Shown here: in pieces, positions 48,875 to 59,923 of the stretch | Layout of the letters: every line of letters starts with the position of its first letter | How positions within the stretch are numbered: the first letter of the stretch is position 1 | DNA from: Ignavibacteria bacterium | GTDB taxonomy: Bacteria > Bacteroidota > Ignavibacteria > OLB7 | DNA: 64,000 bases | Assembly: GCA_020635205.1 (NCBI GenBank) | Contig: JACKAE010000005.1 | Span: 258,361 to 322,360 of the forward strand | Reading direction: 5' to 3' | The notes under the pieces: model-generated | Told to the model about the DNA's origin: nothing | The model's input: only the letters and a program-made list of their open reading frames with translations | Databases searched by the model: none | Program-made: the position numbers and the translations under genes

Positions 48875-50367
48875 TAAAACGGATCCTCGTCACTTGCTGG
48901 AGGAAGATATTCGTCGGCTTCAGCGTGGAATTCGTCGAGGTTCTCGAAGCGAGCAAACTCCTTGATGAAAGCTAAGCGGACATCACCAGTTGGTCCGTTT
49001 CGTTGCTTGCCAACGATTACTTCGGCAACGCCTTCAGTCGACCGGTTCTCTTCATCAACCGAGAAGCCGTAGTACTCAGGACGGTGGACAAACATCACAA
49101 CGTCGGCATCCTGTTCGATAGAACCAGATTCACGAAGATCGCTCAGCATTGGGCGTTTGTCGCTGCGAGATTCAACCGAGCGGTTCAACTGCGATAGGGC
49201 AATAATTGGAATCTGTAATTCCTTTGCCAACTGCTTCAGTCCGCGCGAGATTGTCGAGATTTCTCGCTCGCGACTTTCTGACTTCGGGGAGTGCATCAAC
49301 TGAAGGTAGTCAACAATCAGAAGCTCGATATTATGCTCACGCTTCAGCAGACGTGCGCGGGCGCGTAAGTCCATGATGCTGAGAGCCGGCGTGTCGTCGA
49401 TATAGATTGGAGCTGCGGCTAAGCGGTGAATTGTCGAGACGATCTGCTGCCAGTGCTCTTGCCGTAAATCTCCTGTCCGAAGTCTGTGGGCGTTAACTTT
49501 TGCTTCGGCGGAGATCAGGCGGAGCATCAACTGCTGAGCCGACATTTCAAGCGAGAAGAATGCCGCTGGCTTCTTGTAGTCAACCGCTGCGTTTCGCAGC
49601 ATCGACATGGCGATGGCTGTTTTTCCCATTGAGGGTCTTGCCGCCAGAATAATTAAGTCAGATTTCTGGAAGCCACCCGTTAGGCGGTCGAGTTGCATCA
49701 AACCAGTTGGCGTTCCTACAACCCCTCCTCCATCTGCACGCCGCTCAGAAATCTCCTGCAGCATGTCGATTGTCTCCTTTGCCAACCGTTCCATTGAACT
49801 GGAACTCGTTCGATTTCTGCTCTCGGAGATCTCAAAAATTGTTTGCTCAGCTTTATCCAACTCCTCGAATGCGTCGGTAGAATCGGAGTAGCAAGAGCCG
49901 ATTATCCCCATTGCCGCACCAATCATCTTCCGCTTCAACGCTTTTTCGAAGACAATGCGGGAGTGGTACTCGATATTTGCTGTTGTCGGAGTCTTGCGGT
50001 TCAGTTCGGCTAAATAGTGAGAGCCACCTACATCCGCCAGCTTTTCGCGACGGCGAAGCTCCTCGTTCAGGGTAATGATATCAATCGGTTGGTTTCGCTC
50101 TGAGAGGGAGAGCATTGCCTCGTAGATGATTCGGTGTGCTTCACGGTAGAACGCCTCTGCTGAGAGAATGCGGATTGCCTCGTTGGCGGCATCCTTGTCG
50201 AGCATCATAGCACCCAGAACGGCCATCTCAGCATCGTTGCTGTGGGGTGGAACACGATCGCCAGAAGTCTCCATCGGCACTACATTGCGCCGAGGTCGCC
50301 CAATCATCTTCTCGAGAGGGTATTGTCCCCCCCCTTCGTTCAGAATATTTCCCTCACTGATTGGCAC
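48874..50367 (-). CDS. dnaB: replicative DNA helicase DnaB
   Basis: 497 aa with N-terminal DnaB domain and RecA-like Walker A (ARPSMGKTAIAMS) and Walker B (LIVDYLQLM). Confidence 0.93.
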   Translation of the reverse strand: MPISEGNILNEGGGQYPLEKMIGRPRRNVVPMETSGDRVPPHSNDAEMAVLGAMMLDKDAANEAIRILSAEAFYREAHRIIYEAMLSLSERNQPIDIITLNEELRRREKLADVGGSHYLAELNRKTPTTANIEYHSRIVFEKALKRKMIGAAMGIIGSCYSDSTDAFEELDKAEQTIFEISESRNRTSSSSMERLAKETIDMLQEISERRADGGGVVGTPTGLMQLDRLTGGFQKSDLIILAARPSMGKTAIAMSMLRNAAVDYKKPAAFFSLEMSAQQLMLRLISAEAKVNAHRLRTGDLRQEHWQQIVSTIHRLAAAPIYIDDTPALSIMDLRARARLLKREHNIELLIVDYLQLMHSPKSESREREISTISRGLKQLAKELQIPIIALSQLNRSVESRSDKRPMLSDLRESGSIEQDADVVMFVHRPEYYGFSVDEENRSTEGVAEVIVGKQRNGPTGDVRLAFIKEFARFENLDEFHAEADEYLPPASDEDPF

Positions 50368-50626
50368 TGGTGCTGACTGTCCTTAATATGTTTGTAGTTC
50401 CAAAACCGATAAAACCGAGGTGAGGATAACCGGAAAACTATGAGTTTGTAGCGTGTCCTCAAAACGTTGTGTGGATAATTCTTTCCACGCCTTATCCACA
50501 GGGACTCGTGGGAACACCTGAATCTATTCTTTCATTGCCAGATCGTTCGTCTGGGTCTATCTTCGCGCAGTTTTCCCAGGCTCTTGTTTGTGGGGCGAGA
50601 CATTGATTGAAGTGAATTTTTAGAGG

Positions 50627-51910
50627 ATGATTTCTTCCAAACAGCTTGATACCGGCTCACTGTTCGCGAGATTGCAAACGATTTCATCGAAACGTTTGAT
50701 GAGATACATTCTCCTGTTCGGTTTTCTCCTTCGGCTTGCCTTTCTCGGTATCTACGGCGACCTGAAGAACGATTACTACTGGGAGTATGGTGAGATCAGC
50801 AAGAACCTTGTTCACGGAAAGGGATATTCTTTCTTCTCGATTGATGGAGATAGCACCATAGATCGATATCGGCCTAACGCAGAAGCCTTCAAGTCTGCCT
50901 TTATGCCCCCCGGCTACGTTCTGTTTCTGGCTCCCTATCTGACGGTCGAGAATCTAACGTTGCGGAACATCCTCTTGCTCCTGACGCACTTGCTTTTCTC
51001 GACTGCGACGATATGGCTTCTCTACCGAGTTTGCACAACGTTCTTTTCAGAAACGGTTGGTTTGGTAGCTGCCGGAATTGGGGCAGTTTTGCCGGAGTTC
51101 CTCTACGCGAATCTCTCCTTCACCCCGACAGTTCTCTACCACTTTTTGATTCTCTACCTTTTCTTGTTGATTGCAAAGATGGGGGAGGGAGGCTGGCGGA
51201 TTCCAATGATCGGTTTGGTCTTAGGAGTACTGATGTATCTCCGAGCGGAGTTTGTTCTCTTTACGGCACTCTTTCTCCCTATCCTCCTCTTCCGCAAAGA
51301 GATTGGGCGTGCTCTTTTAATCGGAGCTATTGCCTTCGGAGCCATTCTCCCGTGGTCAGTGCGGAATATCAACACCTTCAACGCATTTGTTCCCCTCACT
51401 ACTGGGTTTGGTCTCAACCTCTACCGTGGGCACAACCCCCACTACGTTGGGAACTTTGGGTTCGATGAGGTGGCCGGGGCGTTGAAAGATGTGAGAGACG
51501 ACCAGTACGAAGTGGTGATGAGCAAAGAATATCAGAAGCTGGCAGTTAGCTACATCAAAGAACATCCGGGGGAAGTGGCGAGCAACTCTATTCTGAAGTT
51601 CTTCTGGTTCTTCAGCTACATTCCCTTCTATCCAGAGAGTGGGAATCTTCTCTACCTTCTGCCGACGATTGGACTTTTTCTGTTGAGCCTCTACGGAGTT
51701 ATCCGAACATTTTCGTGGAGGCGATATTGGCACTTCTATCTCTTCTTCTTCACCTCAACCGTTGTTGTCGTGCTCTTCTTCCCTCTGCCACGCTACCAGA
51801 CGATGATGAAAATTTTGCAGTTGCCTTTTGCAGCATACGGGTTGCTTCTTCTCCTATCAATCTGGCGAAAAAAAGAACGCCCGGAGTTGGCTAACAACCC
51901 CGAGCGTTGA
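50627..51910 (+). CDS. polytopic membrane protein, glycosyltransferase family 39 / ArnT-like
   Basis: 427 aa with at least 10 TM helices. First periplasmic loop with ...KNDYYWEYGEIS.. as in PMT/ArnT-like GT-C enzymes. Confidence 0.5.
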   Translation: MISSKQLDTGSLFARLQTISSKRLMRYILLFGFLLRLAFLGIYGDLKNDYYWEYGEISKNLVHGKGYSFFSIDGDSTIDRYRPNAEAFKSAFMPPGYVLFLAPYLTVENLTLRNILLLLTHLLFSTATIWLLYRVCTTFFSETVGLVAAGIGAVLPEFLYANLSFTPTVLYHFLILYLFLLIAKMGEGGWRIPMIGLVLGVLMYLRAEFVLFTALFLPILLFRKEIGRALLIGAIAFGAILPWSVRNINTFNAFVPLTTGFGLNLYRGHNPHYVGNFGFDEVAGALKDVRDDQYEVVMSKEYQKLAVSYIKEHPGEVASNSILKFFWFFSYIPFYPESGNLLYLLPTIGLFLLSLYGVIRTFSWRRYWHFYLFFFTSTVVVVLFFPLPRYQTMMKILQLPFAAYGLLLLLSIWRKKERPELANNPER

Positions 51911-51974
51911 ATACGGATAGTCAGTCGATTTTCTGCGAAGCAAGTAGGAATCAACCTCCACACTCTACAAACTC

Positions 51975-52958
51975 TTATCCTAATAAATCTTTCACTGCAT
52001 CCTGTTCCCACTGAAGCTCTTCGATTGATGCGGTGATTTTTTCTTTCGCCCAATCGTTGTGCTCCACTCCCTCTACAACTTCCCACGATCCATCAGCGTT
52101 GGTTCTGATTGGGAAGCCGACAATCAATCCCTCTGGAGTTCCATACTCTCCGGTAGAGCAGACGGCTACGGAATGCCAGTCACCTTCCGGCGTTGGGTTG
52201 ATGAGGGAGACTACAGTATCAAGTGCTGCGTTTGCTGCTGAAGCTGCCGAGCTTGCGCCCCGTGCGTCGATAATTGCCGCGCCACGTTTCTGTACTGTCG
52301 AGAGAAAATCCCCTTTCAGCCAGTCGTGATCTTCGATCACCTCAGTTGCAGGTTTTCCACCAATCTTTGTGTTGAAGAAATCTGGGTATTGGGTTGATGA
52401 GTGGTTCCCCCAGATTGCCATGTTTGTCACATCGCCGACACGACTTCCCGACTTCTGGGCAAGCTGCGACATTGCACGGTTTTGATCGAGGCGAGTCATG
52501 GCGAAGAATCGGTCGTTCGGGATGTCCGGCGCGTTGTTCATGGTGATGAGTGCGTTGGTGTTGCAAGGATTGCCAACAACTAAAACGCGCACATCGGATG
52601 CAGCATTGTCGTTAATTGCTTTCCCCTGCACGGTGAAGATGCCTCCGTTCATCATCAGCAAATCGTTCCGTTCCATGCCCGCCTTGCGAGGTGCTGCGCC
52701 AACCAGAAGTGCCCAGTTGACATCTTTAAATCCAACGTTCGGATCGTCTGTGGCAACAATCTCCCGCACGAGGGGAAACGCGCAGTCGTCAAGCTCCATC
52801 ACAACGCCACTGAGTGCATTCATTGCTGGAGTAATCTCCAGAAGATTCAGGGAGACCTCGGTATCTGGACCAAACATTTCACCCGAGGCAATGCGGAAGA
52901 GAAGGGAATAGCCAATCTGTCCTGCCGCCCCAGTGACGGCCACGCGTACATGATTCAT
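51975..52958 (-). CDS. mdh: NAD-dependent malate dehydrogenase
   Basis: 327 aa. N-terminus [21 protein letters not shown] and catalytic region ([16 protein letters not shown]) typical of type-2 (cytoplasmic-like) MDH. Confidence 0.92.
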   Translation of the reverse strand: MNHVRVAVTGAAGQIGYSLLFRIASGEMFGPDTEVSLNLLEITPAMNALSGVVMELDDCAFPLVREIVATDDPNVGFKDVNWALLVGAAPRKAGMERNDLLMMNGGIFTVQGKAINDNAASDVRVLVVGNPCNTNALITMNNAPDIPNDRFFAMTRLDQNRAMSQLAQKSGSRVGDVTNMAIWGNHSSTQYPDFFNTKIGGKPATEVIEDHDWLKGDFLSTVQKRGAAIIDARGASSAASAANAALDTVVSLINPTPEGDWHSVAVCSTGEYGTPEGLIVGFPIRTNADGSWEVVEGVEHNDWAKEKITASIEELQWEQDAVKDLLG

Positions 52959-53045
52959 AACGGATTCTGAGTTTAATAGAGTTCGTAGAGTTTGTAGAGT
53001 TCATAGAGTAGAGAGTGTAGTCACCGTACCCAATAAACTGGGGGA
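52958..53045 (+). repeat. heptamer-based dispersed repeat copy between mdh start and phosphoesterase gene end
   Basis: GAGTTTAATAGAGTTCGTAGAGTTTGTAGAGTTCATAGAGTAGAGAGTGTAGTC. Confidence 0.7.
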
Positions 53046-53139
53046 CAAGATAGAAGAATGGGATGAGAAGGGGGGTTGCATTGTGTAGGGGGGACTGTGT
53101 GGGTAACCGTAGGGGACAAAAGGGGTAAAGATTTTGCCC

Positions 53140-54429
53140 CTACGCCAGGTTTCCCCGCCCTCTCCTCAAGGTATAGACCGGAACTTCTCGGGGAACTCCA
53201 AGCCTAAATGGTAGCCAATGTCCAGCCCCAGCCGAGGTGTAGAGTTTCGACCTTCCCCCGTTCTTTTCATAATATCCCCAGAGGTATTTCCCAACGCCGA
53301 GCCAGGTTTCAAAGAAGCTCCTGCCATTCCACCCAAGTTGGCCTCCGGCGTGGGTGTGCCCGGCAATTGTCATATCGATTCCCATTGCCGAGGCATGGTC
53401 GAACCCTTCGGGACGGTGGCTCATCAGCAAGTGGAATGCGTTGGAGGGAGTGCTGTCGAAGGCTTTTTCAACTGAGCGTATCAGGAAGTTCTCCTTTCCG
53501 ACTCCTTCCTCACTGGCGGCAGCCGGATCATCTGCCGCAGCAATTACCAGTTCGCTTCTACCAACCTTCAGCGTCGTATTCTTCTCAACGAAGAGGGGAA
53601 CCGGTCCACGGTCAAAAATTCTGAGCACGTCACTAATACCTCGGTAATATTCGTGGTTTCCGAGAGATGCAAATGTTCCGTGGCGGGGCTGAAGTTGAGA
53701 AATCATGGTGAGAGCTTCCGGGAGAACTGTCAGGTCGTCCGAAGTATCCCCCGTAATCAACACCAAGTCTGGACGCTGAGCTTCAGCGCCGATAAGGAGT
53801 TCTTCCAAGTGTTCCAGACGGATATAGTAGCCGAGGTGAAGGTCGGAGATGTGGAGAATTCGTAACCCGTCCAGATCAGGGGGAAGATTGTTGAAGGTCA
53901 TCTCGACATTCGGGAAAACTACCGACGCAGTGGAGCGTGCCAACCCGAACGTACCGGTGCTAACTGCGATTAGGGGGAAAGCGGCGGCTCCACGCGTTAT
54001 CAAAGAGCGACGAGCTACATCTACCTTTTCTACTGGAGCCGTTTCGGAAATATCCCTTTGGGTCTTTACCTCGGCAGATAGATCAGCCTGATTTCTTCCC
54101 TTCCACTTCTTCCATCCCCACCTAACAATTCTTTCCAGAGTTAGTGTGATTCCGCTGAAGGGGAGCAAGAGAATCAGGCCGATAAAGGAGACGAAGAAGA
54201 ACGAAGTCAAGAAGGCGAAGAGGCGTTCGGTAGGGGCTACTCCGAGAAGTTTTGAAAGTGCCCAAAGCCCCGCAAGGAGAACTCCAGAGAGTGGAACCAT
54301 CCAAGTCGCTCGACGAACTCCTTGAATTTTCCACCACTGCCGATGAAGAGTCCAGATTAGCAGAGCATTCACTCCACCAAGCAGAATTAGCACAATTGCA
54401 CTGAAGATCTGACTGAAGTATTCGTTCAT
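53140..54429 (-). CDS. membrane-anchored metallophosphoesterase (calcineurin-like)
   Basis: N-terminal 4 TM helices followed by a phosphoesterase domain (ILHISDLHLG, GDTSDD, GNHEY, GHTHAG). Confidence 0.75.
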   Translation of the reverse strand: MNEYFSQIFSAIVLILLGGVNALLIWTLHRQWWKIQGVRRATWMVPLSGVLLAGLWALSKLLGVAPTERLFAFLTSFFFVSFIGLILLLPFSGITLTLERIVRWGWKKWKGRNQADLSAEVKTQRDISETAPVEKVDVARRSLITRGAAAFPLIAVSTGTFGLARSTASVVFPNVEMTFNNLPPDLDGLRILHISDLHLGYYIRLEHLEELLIGAEAQRPDLVLITGDTSDDLTVLPEALTMISQLQPRHGTFASLGNHEYYRGISDVLRIFDRGPVPLFVEKNTTLKVGRSELVIAAADDPAAASEEGVGKENFLIRSVEKAFDSTPSNAFHLLMSHRPEGFDHASAMGIDMTIAGHTHAGGQLGWNGRSFFETWLGVGKYLWGYYEKNGGRSKLYTSAGAGHWLPFRLGVPREVPVYTLRRGRGNLA

Positions 54430-54623
54430 GGGCGAAGAACGACTTACTGAGGCAGAAAGTTCATCAACTACTTTTCGTTGCAGAAGAGTGGAATAATTCT
54501 TCCTGACTGTGGAATGTGGAGGGGCAATCTACAGCGTGGGTTGCCTTGGCCACGATTCACCTATAGGATTGTGGCTCCGTATGGAATCATTCAATTGTTT
54601 AACAATTCAGGGAGCAAAACGAG

Positions 54624-55343
54624 ATGAAGAAATCATTGGTGTTACAGGTTCTGCCATTACTCACAGCCGGACTTCTCGTTGCCGGATGTAGTGAAGACGA
54701 GGTAACCGAGCCGACGGCAACAACCTTCACAGTTACTGTAGAGAATGTCTCTCAAGACGGAACGTTAGCCACAACCCGGGCAAATGGCGCTGTTCCACTT
54801 TCGCCCGGAGCCTACGCAGTCTATCAGGGAGCAAACCCAATGTTTACGGTCGGGCAGGCATCGGATGCTGGGCTTGAGGCGATTGCAGAAGATGGTGAGA
54901 CTGCGATGACAGTTGCCACACTCCAGGCGAACTCTGCAGTGAAGGGGAGTGGTGCTTTTATGGCAACTGGAGGTCCAATTCTTCCGGGTGTACCGGCAAC
55001 CTTTACTGTCAGTGCTGTGCCGGGTGATCGTTTGCAAATTGCCTTGATGTTCGTTCAATCGAACGACTGGTTCTACGCATTTAGTGGAGAAGGACTTGAT
55101 CTGTTCAACGGAAGTACCCCAGTGAGTGGAGACGTAACATCCTCTATTGCCCTCTACGACGCTGGAACCGAGGAAGATACTGCGCCGGGAACCGGACCAG
55201 ACCAGAAGCCAGCGCAGGACCCTAATGCGATCAATGTTGGTTCAGCAGATGATAACACGGCCATTCGTCCGGCAAGTGACGATGGCTTTTCGATTCCTGC
55301 AAACAACAGTGTGATTCGTGTAACAATCACACCAGCATCTTAA
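54624..55343 (+). CDS. spondin_N-domain lipoprotein
   Basis: Lipobox LLVAGC. The FTVTVENVS...LSPGAYAVY... pattern is typical of spondin-N domains. Gly/Thr-rich C-terminus. Confidence 0.55.
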   Translation: MKKSLVLQVLPLLTAGLLVAGCSEDEVTEPTATTFTVTVENVSQDGTLATTRANGAVPLSPGAYAVYQGANPMFTVGQASDAGLEAIAEDGETAMTVATLQANSAVKGSGAFMATGGPILPGVPATFTVSAVPGDRLQIALMFVQSNDWFYAFSGEGLDLFNGSTPVSGDVTSSIALYDAGTEEDTAPGTGPDQKPAQDPNAINVGSADDNTAIRPASDDGFSIPANNSVIRVTITPAS

Positions 55344-55506
55344 GACTTTTGCTTTGTATGATCTGAATGATAGAGTGAACAGGGTATGGTGAGATGTGAA
55401 CAGAGCCGGGATCGATACGGGTATCTCTTAGTATCGATCCCGGAATGATTCTTTGGGAAGGATTGCGAAGAACAGAATAGGGAGGTAATTTCGGGCAAGT
55501 GAAATC

Positions 55507-56103
55507 TTGTTGAAGAGAAGCTCTACCTTATTGTTGTTTCGCAAAGACCATACAAAACGGGAGTTTGAAGCTGAGGTGCTCCCTCATCTTGACGAGCTGT
55601 ACCGAACTGCGGTTCGGTTGCTGAAGGGGAATCGTGATGAGGCGAATGACTTAGTTCAAGATACCTTCGTACAGGCGTGGAAATCGTTCGACCGTTACGA
55701 GCGGGGAACAAATGCGCGGGCTTGGCTCTACGCGATTCTGATGAATAAAGCGCGGCACTATCACCGGCGAATAACAACGCGCAAGGTGGTTCCGCTAAGC
55801 GACCACGGGGATGAGACGTTGTTGGATAGAGTGGAGGGGAGTGCTCCTCTCACGGCTGAGACCATCAGTGATGAAAACATTCTTGCTGCTCTGGAGAGAC
55901 TTTCGGAGGAACATCGAGAGGTGGTGTTACTTGCTGACGTTCAGGAATTCTCCTACAAGGAAGTAGCGGAGATTCTCGAGATTCCGATTGGAACAGTGAT
56001 GTCCCGCCTGAGTAGAGCGCGGGCTGGTTTGCGGTCTCACCTGCATACGTATGCTGGAGAATTTGGAATTGGAATGTCGAAGCCGGGAGGGGGAAGTGAA
56101 TAG
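55507..56103 (+). CDS. ECF (RpoE-like) RNA polymerase sigma factor (TTG start as drawn; start uncertain)
   Basis: Sigma-70 region 2 (DLVQDTFVQAWKSFDRYE) and region 4 (EVAEILEIPIGTVMSRLSRAR). Confidence 0.8.
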   Translation: MLKRSSTLLLFRKDHTKREFEAEVLPHLDELYRTAVRLLKGNRDEANDLVQDTFVQAWKSFDRYERGTNARAWLYAILMNKARHYHRRITTRKVVPLSDHGDETLLDRVEGSAPLTAETISDENILAALERLSEEHREVVLLADVQEFSYKEVAEILEIPIGTVMSRLSRARAGLRSHLHTYAGEFGIGMSKPGGGSE

Positions 56104-56125
56104 GAACGGATACGATAGTGAAGCT

Positions 56126-56995
56126 ATGAACGAGTTGATCCACAAATATCTCAGCGGAGAGACAACTCCTGAGGAGTCTCGGGAAGTTGAAACGTGGCTC
56201 TCCGAACATCCCGAAGAGGAGGTCAAGCTCCAGGAAATGGAGGGGGTACGTTCTGCACTTCGTCGATCTGTTGAGAACCAGCCGATACCTTCTGAGCTTC
56301 GCGAAGCTGTACTAAAAAAGACAATCGGATCAAATTTAATTCCGCTTGAGAAGAGTGGAGGGAGAGCCTTCCGACCATCGTATCTCTACGGGGCTGTGGC
56401 GGTTGTGCTGCTGTTGGTGATTGGTTGGTTTGCTTTACAATCTCCGAAGGTTGATCCAAGCGTAGATACTCCGGTGATCGCGCAAGAGTTGAAGTCGGTC
56501 ACAGAAGTACTCCGCGTTGGGGTGAACGATCACCTGCGCTGCGCAGTCACCTTCTACAAAGGGGACATTAAAGAGTATGGGATCGAAAAGATGAAGGCGA
56601 AGCTCGCTCAGAAGAAAGAGACCTTAGAGGAAGATTTCTCTGCACTGATTCCGATTGTTCAACAGCAAGTAGATGAAGGGAAGCTCGTGGTAGCTCACAA
56701 GTGTTCGTTTGGCGGACGGAACTACGTCCACATGATTCTGCAAAGTGAGAAAGGAAAGATTTCGGTGGTAATTACGAGAAAGCAGGATCGGGAGTCGTTA
56801 TCTGATCGCGAGGGGGCTGTGGCAACAGTTGAGGGTATCCCAATCTATCAAGCAAATCTGGAAGGATACAAGGTTGCCGGTTTCGACGCCGACCGCTTTC
56901 TCGTCTACGTTGCCTCCGATTTGCCAGACGAGGCAAACCTTGCGATGATCTCCGCGATTGCTATGCCGGTAAAGAATGTTCTGAAGACGATCTGA
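56126..56995 (+). CDS. putative anti-sigma factor (zinc-finger-less, single TM)
   Basis: Immediately follows the ECF sigma gene. N-terminus MNELIHKYLSGETTPEESREVETWLSEHPE matches the anti-sigma N-terminal helix pattern. One TM segment (LYGAVAVVLLLVIGWFAL) and a periplasmic domain. Confidence 0.55.
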   Translation: MNELIHKYLSGETTPEESREVETWLSEHPEEEVKLQEMEGVRSALRRSVENQPIPSELREAVLKKTIGSNLIPLEKSGGRAFRPSYLYGAVAVVLLLVIGWFALQSPKVDPSVDTPVIAQELKSVTEVLRVGVNDHLRCAVTFYKGDIKEYGIEKMKAKLAQKKETLEEDFSALIPIVQQQVDEGKLVVAHKCSFGGRNYVHMILQSEKGKISVVITRKQDRESLSDREGAVATVEGIPIYQANLEGYKVAGFDADRFLVYVASDLPDEANLAMISAIAMPVKNVLKTI

Positions 56996-57216
56996 GAAGC
57001 TGTTTGGAAATACAATGCTGGGTAGCAATGGAGCATGATCGCGCAGAAACCAAACTGTCACTCTGAGCATAGCCGTAGGCGAAGCGAAGAGTCTCGCAGA
57101 AAGAGTGGAGGGAATGGCAAGGATAAGCAGAGGCGCAGTAGTGCTTCACCGGTGAGATGCTTCGGCAGACCTCAGCATGACTGTCTGAACGTACAGGAAG
57201 CTCGCCGTTCGGTAAT

Positions 57217-57879
57217 CTACCTTCGCGATAAAACGAACTGTTCGATCTCCTCTACTACCAAACCGATCTGCCGAATCGACTCAACCAGCTTCCCCGCTAT
57301 TTCTAAACTGTGGTTTGCCCCCTCAATAACGAACGATTTTCCTTCTGTTGCATTCACTACTTCTTCTACAAGGCTTGGCTCGTAGTGTTCATCGGCTGAA
57401 CCAAAGATGAAGAGTGAGCGAGGTTCCTTCTCTACAATTATCTCTCTCAACTTCTCACCTTTAACCAGTGGTGTCAGCCAGATGCAAGTTGCGTCGGAGA
57501 GTCGAGGTTCTATCTTTAGCAGTCGAGCCATTGTCAACGTGCCGATAGATTTCCCAACGAGTGTAATCTGCCGATATGGTCGCTCGTTCAACCCGGCATT
57601 GCAGAGAGCAAGTCCGTCGGTAACGATGGTGCGCGCCCTCTCAGCTTCGGAGAGTGAGCGGAATCCTTCGAGGTTGCTGTAAAGTCTGTCGAGCATCAGA
57701 ACTTCTGCGCCGAGGTCGCCGAGGAGACGGGCAGGGTAGTAGAGCGCCGGACTGTCTGACCCATAAGAGAAGCCGGGAAAGATAATGGCAAGGTGATCGG
57801 ATCCGCTCTCTTGCCGAACAAAACGGTGGGGAAGAGGAAGATTGTCGTGGCCAATTATGGAAAGCTTGTCAAGGTGCAT
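57217..57879 (-). CDS. alpha/beta-hydrolase fold protein
   Basis: 220 aa with GKSIG nucleophile elbow (GxSxG) and a downstream His. Confidence 0.6.
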   Translation of the reverse strand: MHLDKLSIIGHDNLPLPHRFVRQESGSDHLAIIFPGFSYGSDSPALYYPARLLGDLGAEVLMLDRLYSNLEGFRSLSEAERARTIVTDGLALCNAGLNERPYRQITLVGKSIGTLTMARLLKIEPRLSDATCIWLTPLVKGEKLREIIVEKEPRSLFIFGSADEHYEPSLVEEVVNATEGKSFVIEGANHSLEIAGKLVESIRQIGLVVEEIEQFVLSRR

Positions 57880-57972
57880 ACCTGTGCTCTGATACTCATT
57901 AATATCTGTTCAAATAACTGAAAAAGGTACGCATTCTATTTGCGTCTTTGCGTGACTCTCTTCAACAGTCCT

Positions 57973-59679
57973 CTACCGTTGCGGCAGCTTCTCCATATCG
58001 AACGGCTTCAACCCCTCGCTTCCGTCGATAACGGAAGCCTGTTCAATATTCTTCCCTAACTTTTCGAGTAGTGCCGTCTCCTCTTTCAGGCCAGCGTCGA
58101 AGAGTGTGATGTTCTCCAGATCAACTAATGCCTGAGCGCGAGCAATTGCCTCGAGAGCTTCCTCTTTCTTCCCTTCGGTGAAGAGCGTACAACCGTCGCG
58201 AAGACCGAAGTAGACGTTGGTTAGGGCAACCGCGATCCGCATTCCCTCGTGCGTGTAGAATTGCACACCTGGTTTCAGCGACATCTTTGCCTCGTGCCGA
58301 AGTTCTGCGTGAGTCTTGCGGCTTTTGCCGTTAACATCGGTGTAGCTCAGCGAGCCATCGGCCAGCAGGTCGCCACGTTTGAAGGCGAGGGGGGAGTCGT
58401 CGTCACGTTCGTAGCGGAGGATGATTGCGCCTCGATTCGATGAGAAGAAGACGGTTGGCACATGTAGCTCTGCGTCTCGGTCTCCCGGCTTCCAGGTCGG
58501 TAATCCGTAGACGGCAACGAGTTTCATCCCTTCTGGAGTCTTGACATTCACTCGTAAGTCGTAGACAACGGGAGTGACGAGGTAATCGAACTCTTTCTCG
58601 AAGACTCTCGCAATTTTGTCGGGCGTCTCCAAGAAGAAGAAGTTTCCTCCACGAAGCTGCGAGATGTGATAGATCAACTCCTGTCCAAAATCTAAGCCAA
58701 CACCGAAGGCAGTCAGGCCAATTCCTTGATTTGCATACTTCTCGGTGATTGTCCGAAAGCTACCGGAGTCGGTTCGCCCAATATTCGGTCGGGCGTCGGT
58801 GAAGAGCATCACTCTCTTCTGGTAGCCTTTCCGCTCTGAAAGGTTGATAAGCTGAGAGAATCCACTAATCAACCCTGTTTCGATGTTTGTTCCTCCGTCC
58901 GCGTCGAGACTTTCGATTGCTGCAATGATCGCTTTCTTATCCTTTACTTCTGTCGGCTTCAACAGCAGTTCTGGATTATCGTTGAAGGCGATGAGGGTGA
59001 GAACATCTTCCGGATCAAGTTTTTCCACGAGAGAGCGTAGTGCCTGCTTCACGGCATTCATGCTCGCCCCCTTCATCGAACCGCTTTTATCGATTACTAC
59101 AGCAAGCTGAAGGTTCGGACGGCGAAAATCTTCTGGCTTAATACCGGAGGTCATGCCGAGGTGGATGAAGAGTGCTGGCTGTTTTGTGTCGGCTGCCGGG
59201 GCAAAACCGTAGCCAAGTGAGAGGCAAAGTTTCTCGTCGCAGTCAGTTGCTGGTGTTGGGATGTCGTGCTCGCTGTAGAGACCTTCGGGGGAGAAGTCGA
59301 TGAAGTTCGGAATGCGTCCCGATTCGATAAGTTGGCGGGCGTAGCCGATATCTTGCGCGCCACCGACAGTTGCTCCGAGAGTGGTGGGGGCAGCCATTGT
59401 ACCGGGTGCTATGAGCTTCATTCCTCCAGCCTGTAGGTTTCCAGTTCGGAACCCATTGGCATTGAATGCATCTTCGCGTATCGAAGTCGTATCCATTGTC
59501 GGAGCTTCCTGCTCTATAGCTTGTGCCAGTCCGTTCTCTACAGTGAAAAGCGAAGTGAAGAGAACAATAAGTCCGACAACTCGTCTGAAGCCAATATTTA
59601 CGTAGGTCATGGTTATCCGTTCTATCATTAATGCGTAGTTGTCACTATCGTGAATCTTTCTCGACTGACATTGTTGCAA
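57973..59679 (-). CDS. secreted VWA-domain protein
   Basis: 568 aa with signal peptide and MIDAS VIDKSGSMKG ... TNIETGL ... LFTDARPN. Long C-terminal extension. Confidence 0.75.
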   Translation of the reverse strand: MQQCQSRKIHDSDNYALMIERITMTYVNIGFRRVVGLIVLFTSLFTVENGLAQAIEQEAPTMDTTSIREDAFNANGFRTGNLQAGGMKLIAPGTMAAPTTLGATVGGAQDIGYARQLIESGRIPNFIDFSPEGLYSEHDIPTPATDCDEKLCLSLGYGFAPAADTKQPALFIHLGMTSGIKPEDFRRPNLQLAVVIDKSGSMKGASMNAVKQALRSLVEKLDPEDVLTLIAFNDNPELLLKPTEVKDKKAIIAAIESLDADGGTNIETGLISGFSQLINLSERKGYQKRVMLFTDARPNIGRTDSGSFRTITEKYANQGIGLTAFGVGLDFGQELIYHISQLRGGNFFFLETPDKIARVFEKEFDYLVTPVVYDLRVNVKTPEGMKLVAVYGLPTWKPGDRDAELHVPTVFFSSNRGAIILRYERDDDSPLAFKRGDLLADGSLSYTDVNGKSRKTHAELRHEAKMSLKPGVQFYTHEGMRIAVALTNVYFGLRDGCTLFTEGKKEEALEAIARAQALVDLENITLFDAGLKEETALLEKLGKNIEQASVIDGSEGLKPFDMEKLPQR

Positions 59680-59923
59680 CTCACGTGGGGGAAGATTGCA
59701 AAAGGTTCAAGCTATTCCAAACATTGTCACACTCCAAGCCCACTGTCACAAATCGGAGCCGAGTTCGTCGCCTAACTGTTCTTCAAGTTTGTTCTGTGTC
59801 AGCCGACCGGGTAACGACGGGAAGTGTCCACCTTGTAACGCAAAATAGGATTGCACTAATAGGGAGGGAAACGTACTTTTCCGGTTTGCAGGACTTTATC
59901 TCCACATAATAGATCAAAAGAGT

